Source: Actinomycetota bacterium (GTDB lineage: Bacteria > Actinomycetota > Thermoleophilia > Solirubrobacterales > JACPNS01). Taken from it: 64,000 nt of DNA. The first letter of the stretch is position 1. Each line of letters begins with the position of its first letter. Positions 1-7,668 of this stretch are shown piece by piece. The position numbers and the translations under genes were made by a program. The DNA lies in assembly GCA_016219715.1 (NCBI GenBank), contig JACRKX010000024.1:141-64140 (forward strand). The letters are read 5' to 3'. The notes beneath the pieces were generated by a model, which worked only from the letters and a program-made list of their open reading frames with translations, was not told the DNA's origin and did not search any database.

Positions 1-159
1 TCCGAGGCCGAGCTGGTCGCCGGAAATGTGGTGACCGTCGAACCCGGCGTGTACCTCGACGGCAAGTTCGGCGTTCGAATCGAGGATCTCGTCGTCGTGC
101 GCGACGGTGCGCCGCGCGTTCTGAGTAGCTTTACGAAGCGTCTGGTTGTAGTCGACTGA
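1..159 (+). CDS. Xaa-Pro aminopeptidase / M24-family metallopeptidase, C-terminal end (gene enters from the left edge)
   Basis: Frame 1 reads ...[35 protein letters not shown]..., the conserved C-terminal block of M24B peptidases. Stop TGA at 157-159. A pepP-efp neighbourhood is common. Confidence 0.7.
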   Translation, partial: SEAELVAGNVVTVEPGVYLDGKFGVRIEDLVVVRDGAPRVLSSFTKRLVVVD

Positions 160-172
160 GGATGGATTCACA

Positions 173-610
173 ATGAGTACGCAGACACGCATAGGCATGG
201 CGCTCGCCGGGATCGTGATCTTGATCGCAGCGGCCGCACTGATCAACGGCATCGCGGGAGACGACGATCAGCCGCAGCAAGGCAACGGCGCGACAGCGGC
301 CACGGCCGCGACCGGTGCCTCCGGGGCAACTGAGCCGACCGGTCAACCCAAATCGCGCCGCGTCGATCCGGGGCCGCTGCTCGAACCCGGCTCGGTCACG
401 ACCGTCAAGGCGGACAAGGGCGAGACCGTGCGGTTCCGTGTGCGCTCGGGCGAGGTCGACGAGCTGCACGTCCACGGCTACGACCGCACCGTCGAGCTGC
501 CCGCCGGAGAGACGGTCAAGGTCAAGTTCAAGGCCACGCTCGACGGCGTCTTCGAGATCGAATTGCACCACACCGGCGAACAGATCGGCGAGCTGCGGGT
601 CACTCCTTGA
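173..610 (+). CDS. Small membrane-anchored exported protein with a His-rich cupredoxin-like beta domain
   Basis: ATG at 173 is preceded by GAGGATGG. N-terminal hydrophobic anchor (MALAGIVILIAAAALING), a low-complexity linker, then a beta-rich domain with the motifs ELHVHGYD and FEIELHH. The stop overlaps the next start (TTGA at 607-610). Confidence 0.55.
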   Translation: MSTQTRIGMALAGIVILIAAAALINGIAGDDDQPQQGNGATAATAATGASGATEPTGQPKSRRVDPGPLLEPGSVTTVKADKGETVRFRVRSGEVDELHVHGYDRTVELPAGETVKVKFKATLDGVFEIELHHTGEQIGELRVTP

Positions 611-1959
611 TCGTCCTTGCCCACGGGCTATCGGGCCGTTCGGACCTGCCGATCCCCGACTGGCTGTTCGGCTGGGCAGCCGCGCTGGTGCTGGCCGTTT
701 CGTTCTTCGCGTTCGCGGCGCTCTGGCAGCAGCCGAAGCTTGAAACGGCCCGCGCGACCGCGCGGCTACGCATACCGGTTCTGCTCGGCCCACTGTGCGG
801 CGGCACCGGTGTGTTGTTGTTCGCCGGGCTCGTCTACGCGGGTTTCGCGGGCACACAGGTCGAGTCGCTGAACGTCTTGCCGAGCTTTCTGTATGTCTTT
901 GTCTGGTCGGCACTGCCGCTGATCTGCGCTCTGCTGGGCGATGTCTTTCGCGCGTTCAACCCGTGGGCAGCGGTAGGGCGGTTCAGTCGGTGGGTGCAGC
1001 GGCGCGTGCTGCGGCGCCGGCCAGAGGCGTTCTTCGACTATCCCGAGCGGCTCGGTTGCTGGCCGGCCGTCGTGTTCCCGCTGATGTTCGGCTATCTAGA
1101 GCTGATTTCGCCGCACGGCCGCGATCCGAGCGTGCTGGCGGCGTTGATGCTCGCCTACGCAGCCGTGCAACTGGCGGGAATGTCGCTGTTCGGAGTCGAT
1201 CGCTGGCTCGAACGCGGCGATGCCTTCGGCGTCTACTTCGCGTTCTTCGCGAAACTTGCTCCGCTGACGGTCGTCGGATGCCGGCTTGCGACTCGCCTTC
1301 CTCTGTCTGGGCTGACCGATGTCACGTGGGTGCATGGAACGGTCTTCTTCGTCTGTGCCGCGATCGGCGTGACGGCCTTCGATGGCGCCGCCGAGGGCGG
1401 CCTCTGGCAGAGCATCGCCGAGCCGCTGGCGTCGGTGGGCTCGGATCTGGGGATGTCGGTCGTTACCTCGGGTCGCGTCGTCGAAACGCTCGGGCTGATC
1501 GCGATGGTCCTGCTGATCGCCGGCTTCTACCGGCTCGGGGTGGAGGGGATGGTTTCTAGCCATATAGACAAGCCCGCGCGCGAGCTTTCACGCATCTTCG
1601 CGCCGTCGCTGGTGCCGATCATGCTGGCGTACGTCATCGCGCACTACTTCTCGTTCATCGCGTTTCAGGGTCAGGCGTTGTGGCCGCTCCTATCGGACCC
1701 GCTGGGCGACGGGTCCGACCTCTTCGGAACCGCCGGCGCCGGAGTCGACTACGGCTGGCTCTCGAGCGCTGAGATCTGGTACGCGCAGGTCGCGGCGCTC
1801 GTTCTCGGACACGCCGCGGGACTCGCCGTTGCGCACGACAAGGCGCTCGCGGTATGGGGCAAAGCCGGCGACGCCGTGCGATCGCAGCTGTGGATGCTCG
1901 TCGTGATGGTCGGCTTCACTAACCTCGGCCTATGGCTGCTTTCGCAGGCCAATCAGTAG
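607..1959 (+). CDS. Polytopic integral membrane protein of unknown function (paralog A of 24574-26019)
   Basis: 450-aa ORF with many hydrophobic segments. It is collinear with the 24574-26019 product through shared blocks: AHG...PIP-WLF, FNPW, GVDRWL-RG, DPLG-GSDLFGTAG, AHY, GH--G---AHD, SQLWML-VMVGFT. Translationally coupled to the upstream gene. Confidence 0.65.
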   Translation: MIVLAHGLSGRSDLPIPDWLFGWAAALVLAVSFFAFAALWQQPKLETARATARLRIPVLLGPLCGGTGVLLFAGLVYAGFAGTQVESLNVLPSFLYVFVWSALPLICALLGDVFRAFNPWAAVGRFSRWVQRRVLRRRPEAFFDYPERLGCWPAVVFPLMFGYLELISPHGRDPSVLAALMLAYAAVQLAGMSLFGVDRWLERGDAFGVYFAFFAKLAPLTVVGCRLATRLPLSGLTDVTWVHGTVFFVCAAIGVTAFDGAAEGGLWQSIAEPLASVGSDLGMSVVTSGRVVETLGLIAMVLLIAGFYRLGVEGMVSSHIDKPARELSRIFAPSLVPIMLAYVIAHYFSFIAFQGQALWPLLSDPLGDGSDLFGTAGAGVDYGWLSSAEIWYAQVAALVLGHAAGLAVAHDKALAVWGKAGDAVRSQLWMLVVMVGFTNLGLWLLSQANQ

Positions 1960-1978
1960 CTTCCGGCAGCGGGCGGGC

Positions 1979-2194
1979 TTGTCGCCGGCGCGAGTGGACG
2001 TGGTGCCGATGAGTCCGCCGGTCGCACATCCGACCCATTGGATTGCGGGTCTTCTGTACTTAGCGCCGGTGATCGTGCTCGCCTTCGCGATTCTCTGGCA
2101 GCGGCTCAACCCGCGAGCCGAGGGAAACGGCGCTTCGACGCCCGAACAACGCGAACCGCCCAACGACAACGATCGGCCGCCGCACGGCCGGTAG
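1979..2194 (+). CDS. Possible small single-pass membrane protein (VAHPTHW N-terminus)
   Basis: 71-aa ORF with one clear TM segment (WIAGLLYLAPVIVLAFAILW) and GC-rich third codon positions. It sits directly after the membrane protein. No recognisable family. Confidence 0.3.
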   Translation: MSPARVDVVPMSPPVAHPTHWIAGLLYLAPVIVLAFAILWQRLNPRAEGNGASTPEQREPPNDNDRPPHGR

Positions 2195-2256
2195 TCTTCA
2201 GCGGTCTAAACGCAGTCCGCTCAGCAATCGACACGGAAGAACCGCACACCGCACCC

Positions 2257-2817
2257 ATGATCAGCACCAACCAGTTCAAGAACGGCAACCACATCGACGT
2301 CGACGGCACCGTCTACAAGATCGTCGAGTTCCAGCACGTCAAGCCCGGCAAGGGCGGAGCGTTCGTGCGCACCAAGCTCAAGCGCGCCAGCGACGGCAAC
2401 GTGATCGACAAGACCTTCCGCGCCGGCGAGAAGTTCCGTGCGGTGCGCACCGAGGTCAAGAAGATGCAGTTCCTCTACGGCGATGGTGGCGAGGCGCACT
2501 TCATGGACAACGAGACCTTCGATCAGTTGGCAGTCCCTGTCGCAAAGATCGAGGACGAACTCGGCTTCGTGCAGCCGAACTCCGAAGTCGAGGCGCTCTA
2601 CGTCGACGGCGACTTCAGCGGTCTGCAGCTGCCGGCGTCGGTCGAGCTAGAGATCGCCGAGACGGAGCCCGGCGTCAAGGGCGACACTGTCAGCGGTGGC
2701 GGCAACAAGCCGGCGGTGCTCGAGACCGGCAAGACGATTCAGGTTCCGCTGTTCCTGAATCCCGGCGACCGCGTCAAGATCGACACGCGTAGCGGCGAGT
2801 ACATGTCGCGTGCCTGA
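2257..2817 (+). CDS. efp: Elongation factor P
   Basis: MISTNQFKNGNHIDVDGTVYKIVEFQHVKPGKGGAFVRTKLK... is a canonical EF-P sequence. ATG at 2257 lies inside the longer 2038 ORF. Confidence 0.95.
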   Translation: MISTNQFKNGNHIDVDGTVYKIVEFQHVKPGKGGAFVRTKLKRASDGNVIDKTFRAGEKFRAVRTEVKKMQFLYGDGGEAHFMDNETFDQLAVPVAKIEDELGFVQPNSEVEALYVDGDFSGLQLPASVELEIAETEPGVKGDTVSGGGNKPAVLETGKTIQVPLFLNPGDRVKIDTRSGEYMSRA

Positions 2818-2828
2818 GGGCGGCGCGC

Positions 2829-3230
2829 ATGCGTAGATCCGATCAGCGCCGGCTCGCGGTCTTCGCCCTCTACCAGAACGATCTCACCGGTCGCGAGCTC
2901 GACGACCTGTTCGAACGCGATACGACTGAATTCACGCGCCGGCTGGCAGAAGACGTGCTGGCCGATCGTGACTCGATCGATGGCGTGATCCGCGACTACG
3001 CCCGCGACTGGCCGCTCGAGCGGATCGCTCCGCTCGAGCGCAACATCCTGCGAGTCGCGATCCACGAGCTACGCGGCGGCGGCGAAGTGCCGCGCGAGGT
3101 CGCCGTCGACGAGGCCGTCGAGCTAGCTAAGCGCTACTGCTCGGCCGACGCGCCGAAGTTCGTCAACGGTATTCTCGGCTCGGTCCTGCGCGACCTGCCA
3201 CCGGTCGCCGCGAACGGGGAGGAGGCATGA
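2829..3230 (+). CDS. nusB: Transcription antitermination factor NusB
   Basis: 133 aa with the NusB signature ...ERIAPLERNILRVAIHEL...AVELAKRY...KFVNGILGSV. Position after efp is typical. Confidence 0.9.
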   Translation: MRRSDQRRLAVFALYQNDLTGRELDDLFERDTTEFTRRLAEDVLADRDSIDGVIRDYARDWPLERIAPLERNILRVAIHELRGGGEVPREVAVDEAVELAKRYCSADAPKFVNGILGSVLRDLPPVAANGEEA

Positions 3231-3484
3231 TGAACGACCAGCCACAGCAGACGACGTCAACACCCGGTACGCCGACGCCGCCAGAGAACTCCGGCGACAC
3301 GCAGCCGCCGGCGCCGAGTCCAGTGCAGCTCGCCGAACTCGAGCAGCTGATCGCCGAGCTGAAGCTCAAAGTCGCGGACTTGCGATCGAGCGAGTTCGAC
3401 GCGGCGTCGCTTGAACAGCGCCTTCGCGAGCTGAACGAGCTGGCCGTGAAGGCGGCGAGTGCGGTCGACTCGGCCGCGCGGTGA
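3227..3484 (+). CDS. Small Pro-rich / coiled-coil protein, possibly exodeoxyribonuclease VII small-subunit-like
   Basis: 85 aa. ATGA overlap with the nusB stop and GTGA overlap with the next gene indicate an operon. It occupies the xseB position of the Bacillus nusB-folD-xseA-xseB-ispA-dxs order, and LAELEQLIAEL resembles the XseB helix. No xseA gene is adjacent. Confidence 0.4.
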   Translation: MMNDQPQQTTSTPGTPTPPENSGDTQPPAPSPVQLAELEQLIAELKLKVADLRSSEFDAASLEQRLRELNELAVKAASAVDSAAR

Positions 3485-4371
3485 CCGAGTTGGACCAGGC
3501 GATTTTTCCCGACACCAAGCGCTCGGCGGTCGATGCCTATCTGGCCGCGATCGACTTCGAAGTTGAGCCGCCGATCGCCGGCGTAGTCGAGGCGATGCGC
3601 TATTCGCTGCTCGCCGGTGGCAAGCGCGTGCGGCCTGTGCTCGCGCTGAGCACGGCCGCGGCACTCGGTCACGACCCCGAGGCGCTGATGCCTTACGCGG
3701 CCGCGCTCGAGCTGGTGCACACCTACAGCCTGATCCACGACGATCTGCCCGCGATGGACGACGACGACCTGCGACGCGGCAAGCCGACGTGCCACGTTGT
3801 CTACGGCGAGAACGTCGCGATCCTCGCCGGCGACGCATTGTTCGCCGAGGCGCTGCGGCTGGTGACCGCGCGGCAGCAGGGCGATCCCGCCGACATTCTC
3901 GCCGCGCTCGACGAGCTGCTGCACGCCACCGGCGCCGCCGGCATGGTCGGCGGCCAGTACATCGACATCGCCGGCGAGGTTCGAACGGCCGAGCAGCTGA
4001 CCCACATGCACCGACTGAAGACCGGCCGACTGATCGGTGCTTCCGTGAAAGGAGCGGCGCTCACGCTCGGTGCACCGCGCGAGACCGTCGACCGCTTGGC
4101 GGAGTTCGCGGCCGAGTTGGGCGTCCTTTTTCAGATCATCGACGATATCCTCGATGTGACCGGATCCGATGCCGACCTCGGCAAGCCGAGTGGCAGTGAC
4201 GAGCGGCACGGAAAGGCCACATATGTAAGCGTCTTCGGTCTCGAGCGCGCCCGTGCGCTTGCCGACGAGAAGCACGATCGCGTGCGCGAACTGCTCGCGT
4301 CGATCGACTTCCGCGGCGACGCCGGCGATCTCAGGTCCGTGAGCGAATACATCTACAGCCGCGATCGCTAG
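3481..4371 (+). CDS. Polyprenyl diphosphate synthase (farnesyl/geranylgeranyl diphosphate synthase type)
   Basis: Both aspartate-rich motifs are present (LIHDDLPAMDDDDLRRGKPT and FQIIDDILD). Located directly upstream of dxs. Confidence 0.9.
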   Translation: MTELDQAIFPDTKRSAVDAYLAAIDFEVEPPIAGVVEAMRYSLLAGGKRVRPVLALSTAAALGHDPEALMPYAAALELVHTYSLIHDDLPAMDDDDLRRGKPTCHVVYGENVAILAGDALFAEALRLVTARQQGDPADILAALDELLHATGAAGMVGGQYIDIAGEVRTAEQLTHMHRLKTGRLIGASVKGAALTLGAPRETVDRLAEFAAELGVLFQIIDDILDVTGSDADLGKPSGSDERHGKATYVSVFGLERARALADEKHDRVRELLASIDFRGDAGDLRSVSEYIYSRDR

Positions 4372-4401
4372 CGCGACCCGCACCGGCGCGAAGACCCCCA
4401 T

Positions 4402-6375
4402 ATGCCAAAGCAAAGCGATCAACCACCGAAGCCGCTGCTTCCCTCGATCAAGCGGCCGCAGGACCTGCACGACCGATCCGACGCCGAGCTGCAACAGATC
4501 GCTCAAGAGGTCCGTGAGCAGTTGATCGACACCGTCGGCGAGATCGGCGGGCACTTCGGGGCGAACCTCGGAGTCTGCGAACTATCGGTGGCGCTGCACT
4601 CACTGCTCGACTCTCCGACCGACAAGATCCTCTGGGACGTCGGTCACCAGGCATACCCGCACAAGATTCTCACCGGGCGAGGCGACCAGCTTTCGACGAT
4701 CCGCCAGTACGGCGGACTTGCGCCCTTCTGCAACATCGACGAGAGCGAGCACGACATCGCTGGCGCCGGTCACGCGTCGACCTCGATCTCGCTGGCCGTC
4801 GGCATCAAGGAGGCGATGCGTCACGGCGAGGGCAAAGACGGCAAGGTCGTGGCGGTAATCGGTGACGGAGCGATGACTGGCGGCGTCGCTTTCGAGGCGA
4901 TTCACCACGCCGGGGGGCTCGGTACGCCGGTGGTCGTGATCCTCAACGACAACGGAATGTCGATCGCGCCTAACGTCGGAGCGCTGTCGCGCTACTTCAA
5001 CCGTGTTCGCCTGAATCCCAAGCTTTACAAGGCGCGCGACAACGCCGAGAAGGGGCTGTCGAAGCTGCCGGCGGGCATCGGAGCGGCGTTTGAGCGCTTC
5101 GGTCCTCAGTTCAAGGAGTCGGTCAAGGCGTTCTGGGCCCCGGGCCTGTTCTGGGAGGAGCTCGATTTTGCCTACACCGGCGTGGTCGACGGCCACGACG
5201 TTTCCGCGCTGCGAACGGCGATTGGCGAGGCGCTGGCCGCCGATCGTCCCGTGGTCGTGCACATCGCCACGGTCAAAGGCAAAGGCTTCGCGCCGGCTGA
5301 AGAGGGCGGGCTCGAAGGCATGGAGGAGTGGCATGCCGTAAAGCCAAAGGGCATCGTCGACCGCAAGCCCGCCAAGGCCGCCGCCAAGAGCAACGGCGCC
5401 GCCGCGGCCAAGCCCGCGCCGCCGCAGTACACAAAGGTTTTCGGAGAGGCGATCGTCGAAGAGGCGAAGCGCGACCCGCGCGTCGTCGGCATCACCGCCG
5501 CGATGAACACGGGCACCGGGCTGTCGATCATGCAGAAGGAGCTGCCGGACCACTACTTCGACGTCGGTATCGCCGAGCAGCACGCGGTGCTCTTCGCCGC
5601 CGGCCTGGCGTTGCAGGGCATGAAGCCCGTTGCCGCCATCTACTCGACCTTCCTGCAGCGCGGCTTCGATCAGATCGTGCACGATGTCTGCCTGCAGAAC
5701 CTCAACGTTGTCTTTGCGATGGATCGCGCCGGCCTGGTCGGCGACGACGGACCGACACATCACGGCGCGTTCGACATCAGTTACCTGCGCCCGCTGCCGA
5801 ACATCGTGCTGATGGCGCCGCGCGACGAGGCGATGCTCGTCAACATGCTGCACACGGCGCTCGTTTACGACGACGGACCCGTGGGTATTCGTTACCCGCG
5901 CGGTAACGCCGTGGGCGTAGCGCTTCCCGGCATCCCCGAGCCGATCGACATCGGCGTCGGCGAAGTGCTTGCCCGCGGCGACGGGTCGGTTGCGCTGCTC
6001 GGTTACGGGAGCGGTGTCGGCGTGGCTCAGGCCGCCGCTGAGCTGCTCGCCGGAGGCGGGGTAGAGGCGACCGTCGCCGACGCCCGCTTCGCGAAGCCGC
6101 TCGACACCGAGCTCGTCAATGAGCTCGCCGCTGGGCATCGCCTGCTGGTGACCATCGAAGAAAACGTGCTGGCTGGCGGCTTCGGTGCGGCAGTCATCGA
6201 ACACCTCGCCGATAGCGGCCTGCCCGTTCAGACGCTTCGCGTCGGACTGCCCGACCGCTACGTCACGCACGGCGCGCCGTCACTGCTTCACGAGGAAATC
6301 GGGTTTACCGGCGAGGCCGTCGCCAAGCGTGTTTCCGAGCGGCTCGCCAGCCTGACTGGCACGACCGCCACTTAG
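4402..6375 (+). CDS. dxs: 1-deoxy-D-xylulose-5-phosphate synthase
   Basis: 657 aa. Contains GGHFGANLGVCELSVALH, GDGAMTGGVAFEA (ThDP motif) and IAEQHAV... blocks typical of DXS. Confidence 0.95.
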   Translation: MPKQSDQPPKPLLPSIKRPQDLHDRSDAELQQIAQEVREQLIDTVGEIGGHFGANLGVCELSVALHSLLDSPTDKILWDVGHQAYPHKILTGRGDQLSTIRQYGGLAPFCNIDESEHDIAGAGHASTSISLAVGIKEAMRHGEGKDGKVVAVIGDGAMTGGVAFEAIHHAGGLGTPVVVILNDNGMSIAPNVGALSRYFNRVRLNPKLYKARDNAEKGLSKLPAGIGAAFERFGPQFKESVKAFWAPGLFWEELDFAYTGVVDGHDVSALRTAIGEALAADRPVVVHIATVKGKGFAPAEEGGLEGMEEWHAVKPKGIVDRKPAKAAAKSNGAAAAKPAPPQYTKVFGEAIVEEAKRDPRVVGITAAMNTGTGLSIMQKELPDHYFDVGIAEQHAVLFAAGLALQGMKPVAAIYSTFLQRGFDQIVHDVCLQNLNVVFAMDRAGLVGDDGPTHHGAFDISYLRPLPNIVLMAPRDEAMLVNMLHTALVYDDGPVGIRYPRGNAVGVALPGIPEPIDIGVGEVLARGDGSVALLGYGSGVGVAQAAAELLAGGGVEATVADARFAKPLDTELVNELAAGHRLLVTIEENVLAGGFGAAVIEHLADSGLPVQTLRVGLPDRYVTHGAPSLLHEEIGFTGEAVAKRVSERLASLTGTTAT

Positions 6376-6678
6376 GTTCCGACGTCCGGCTTACCGGCCG
6401 GTAGTGAGTGTGCGCCAAATCACACACACATCACACAATCGGACCTACATTATTCCCAGATACGGAAGTCGTCTCCAAGGTTTCAACGGATCGACTCCAG
6501 CGTGGTCAACTCTCTCCCCCCATCGAAGTTGACCGCCGAGACATAGCAGTATCCTCCCCAGAGCAAGGCCCGGCCCAACGCCGGGTCTTCCTCGTTCTCG
6601 AGACGTTTTCGCCACCCGCCAGCCCGTGCCGCGCTGCGCGGTCGCACGCACAGCGGTGCCCGGTCCCGCTTTCGGTGT

Positions 6679-6798
6679 GGCTCTTACATTCAACATCCAA
6701 ACGGATGTTGCCGGCTGCCCGAAGGCGTGCCGACGGTCACATCGCGGCACGTGAATCAAGCGCCAATAACATCCAATCGGATGTTGAATGTCAGAGCC
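6679..6798. repeat. Hairpin-terminated inverted-repeat element, copy A (about 120 bp)
   Basis: Left end: GGCTCTTACATTCAACATCCAAACGGATGTTG. Reverse complement of the right end: GGCTCTGACATTCAACATCCGATTGGATGTTATT. Internal hairpin CGTGCCG-N12-CGGCACG at 6726-6751. The same termini recur at 50178-50371. Confidence 0.8.
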
Positions 6799-6862
6799 GC
6801 TCGGGACCGATGCTCGGGACCTACGCTCGGATAGCGTGCCGATCGAGCCTAAGATCGGCGGC

Positions 6863-7666
6863 ATGGCGAAGCAGCGTGTGGATCAACTTCTGGTCGAGCG
6901 TGGCCTGTTCGAGAGCCGCAGCAAGGCCGCGGCGGCCGTACTGGCCGGCGACGTGTTGCTCGAACGTGGAGGCCGGCGGATCGACAAGCCGGGGCAGATG
7001 GTCGATCCGGCCGAGAAGCTGCGTGTCGCCGAGCGCGAGCGCTACGTCTCGCGCGGTGGTATCAAGCTTGAGAATGCCCTGCGGGCGTTTCCGGCGATCG
7101 AGATCGTGGGCCGCCGCGCGCTCGACGCCGGCGCTTCCACCGGTGGCTTCACCGACTGTCTTCTTCAACGCGGGGCCGATCACGTGATCGCTGTCGACGT
7201 TGCCTATGGCGAGCTGCACATGTCCCTGCGCAACGATCCGCGCGTGACCGTCATCGAACGGCGCAACGTACGTGAACTCGCTCCCGACGAACTTGAATAC
7301 CGGCCCGATCTGATCGTCGCCGACCTCTCGTTCATCTCGCTCGACAAGGTCCTTCCGGCGTTGCTGGGTTGCGCGGCCGAGCGCTTTGACATGCTTGCGC
7401 TCGTGAAACCGCAGTTCGAAGTCGGACGGGAGCGGATCGGCAAGGGCGGGGTCGTGCGCGACCGCGCGGCCCGCGTCGATGCGATCGCCGGTGCGGCCCA
7501 GGCCGCTCGCGATGCCGGATTCTCCGTCGTCGGCGCCTGCTCGTCGGGCCTGCCGGGACCGGCCGGCAACCGTGAGGCGTTCCTCTGGCTGGCCGAGGCC
7601 GGTCGCGCCGGTGCGGCAGACGACTTGCACGCGCTTGCCGAGAGCGTCGAGACGGGCGAGGATTAG
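6863..7666 (+). CDS. tlyA: TlyA-family rRNA 2'-O-ribose methyltransferase (S4 domain + FtsJ-like domain)
   Basis: MAKQRVDQLLVERGLFESRSKAAAAVLAGDVLL (S4 domain), then DAGASTGGFTDCLLQRGA (SAM motif). ATG at 6863 is preferred over the ATG at 6788, which lies inside the repeat hairpin. Confidence 0.85.
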   Translation: MAKQRVDQLLVERGLFESRSKAAAAVLAGDVLLERGGRRIDKPGQMVDPAEKLRVAERERYVSRGGIKLENALRAFPAIEIVGRRALDAGASTGGFTDCLLQRGADHVIAVDVAYGELHMSLRNDPRVTVIERRNVRELAPDELEYRPDLIVADLSFISLDKVLPALLGCAAERFDMLALVKPQFEVGRERIGKGGVVRDRAARVDAIAGAAQAARDAGFSVVGACSSGLPGPAGNREAFLWLAEAGRAGAADDLHALAESVETGED

Positions 7667-7668
7667 GC

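Noticed and set aside
3163-4554. 463-aa ORF on the minus strand opposite the polyprenyl synthase gene. Similar long antisense ORFs occur at 4600-6270, 6821-7630, 10249-11214, 13221-14063, 20783-21787, 39112-40443, 53524-54081 (its N-terminal part), 55951-56679, 56921-57811 and 62753-63595.
   Set aside because: These are typical stop-free shadow frames of high-GC coding DNA. The translations are Arg/Ala/Gly/Asp-rich with no recognisable domains, and the opposite strand encodes unmistakable conserved proteins.
6581-6593. Minus-strand GAGGAAGACCCGG resembling the RNase P RNA P4 motif GAGGAAAGUCCGG, and CCGGCTTACCGG at 6386-6397 resembling the RNase P 3' region
   Set aside because: The matches are imperfect, lie on opposite strands and in the wrong order, and the other universally conserved RNase P elements are absent. 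I saw no tmRNA, SRP or 6S hallmarks either.
6679-6798. Interpreting the hairpin elements as bona fide integron attC sites
   Set aside because: Only the very degenerate RYYYAAC/GTTRRRY cores fit, and the second core follows automatically from the first in a palindrome. There is no IntI integrase and no cassette array. As far as I know, integrons are not described in Actinomycetota. I keep this only as a low-probability alternative to test with the attC covariance model.
6788-6862. ATG at 6788 as the tlyA start
   Set aside because: It lies inside the repeat hairpin (GGATGTTGAATG) and adds a non-conserved 25-aa leader. ATG 6863 gives the canonical S4-domain N-terminus.
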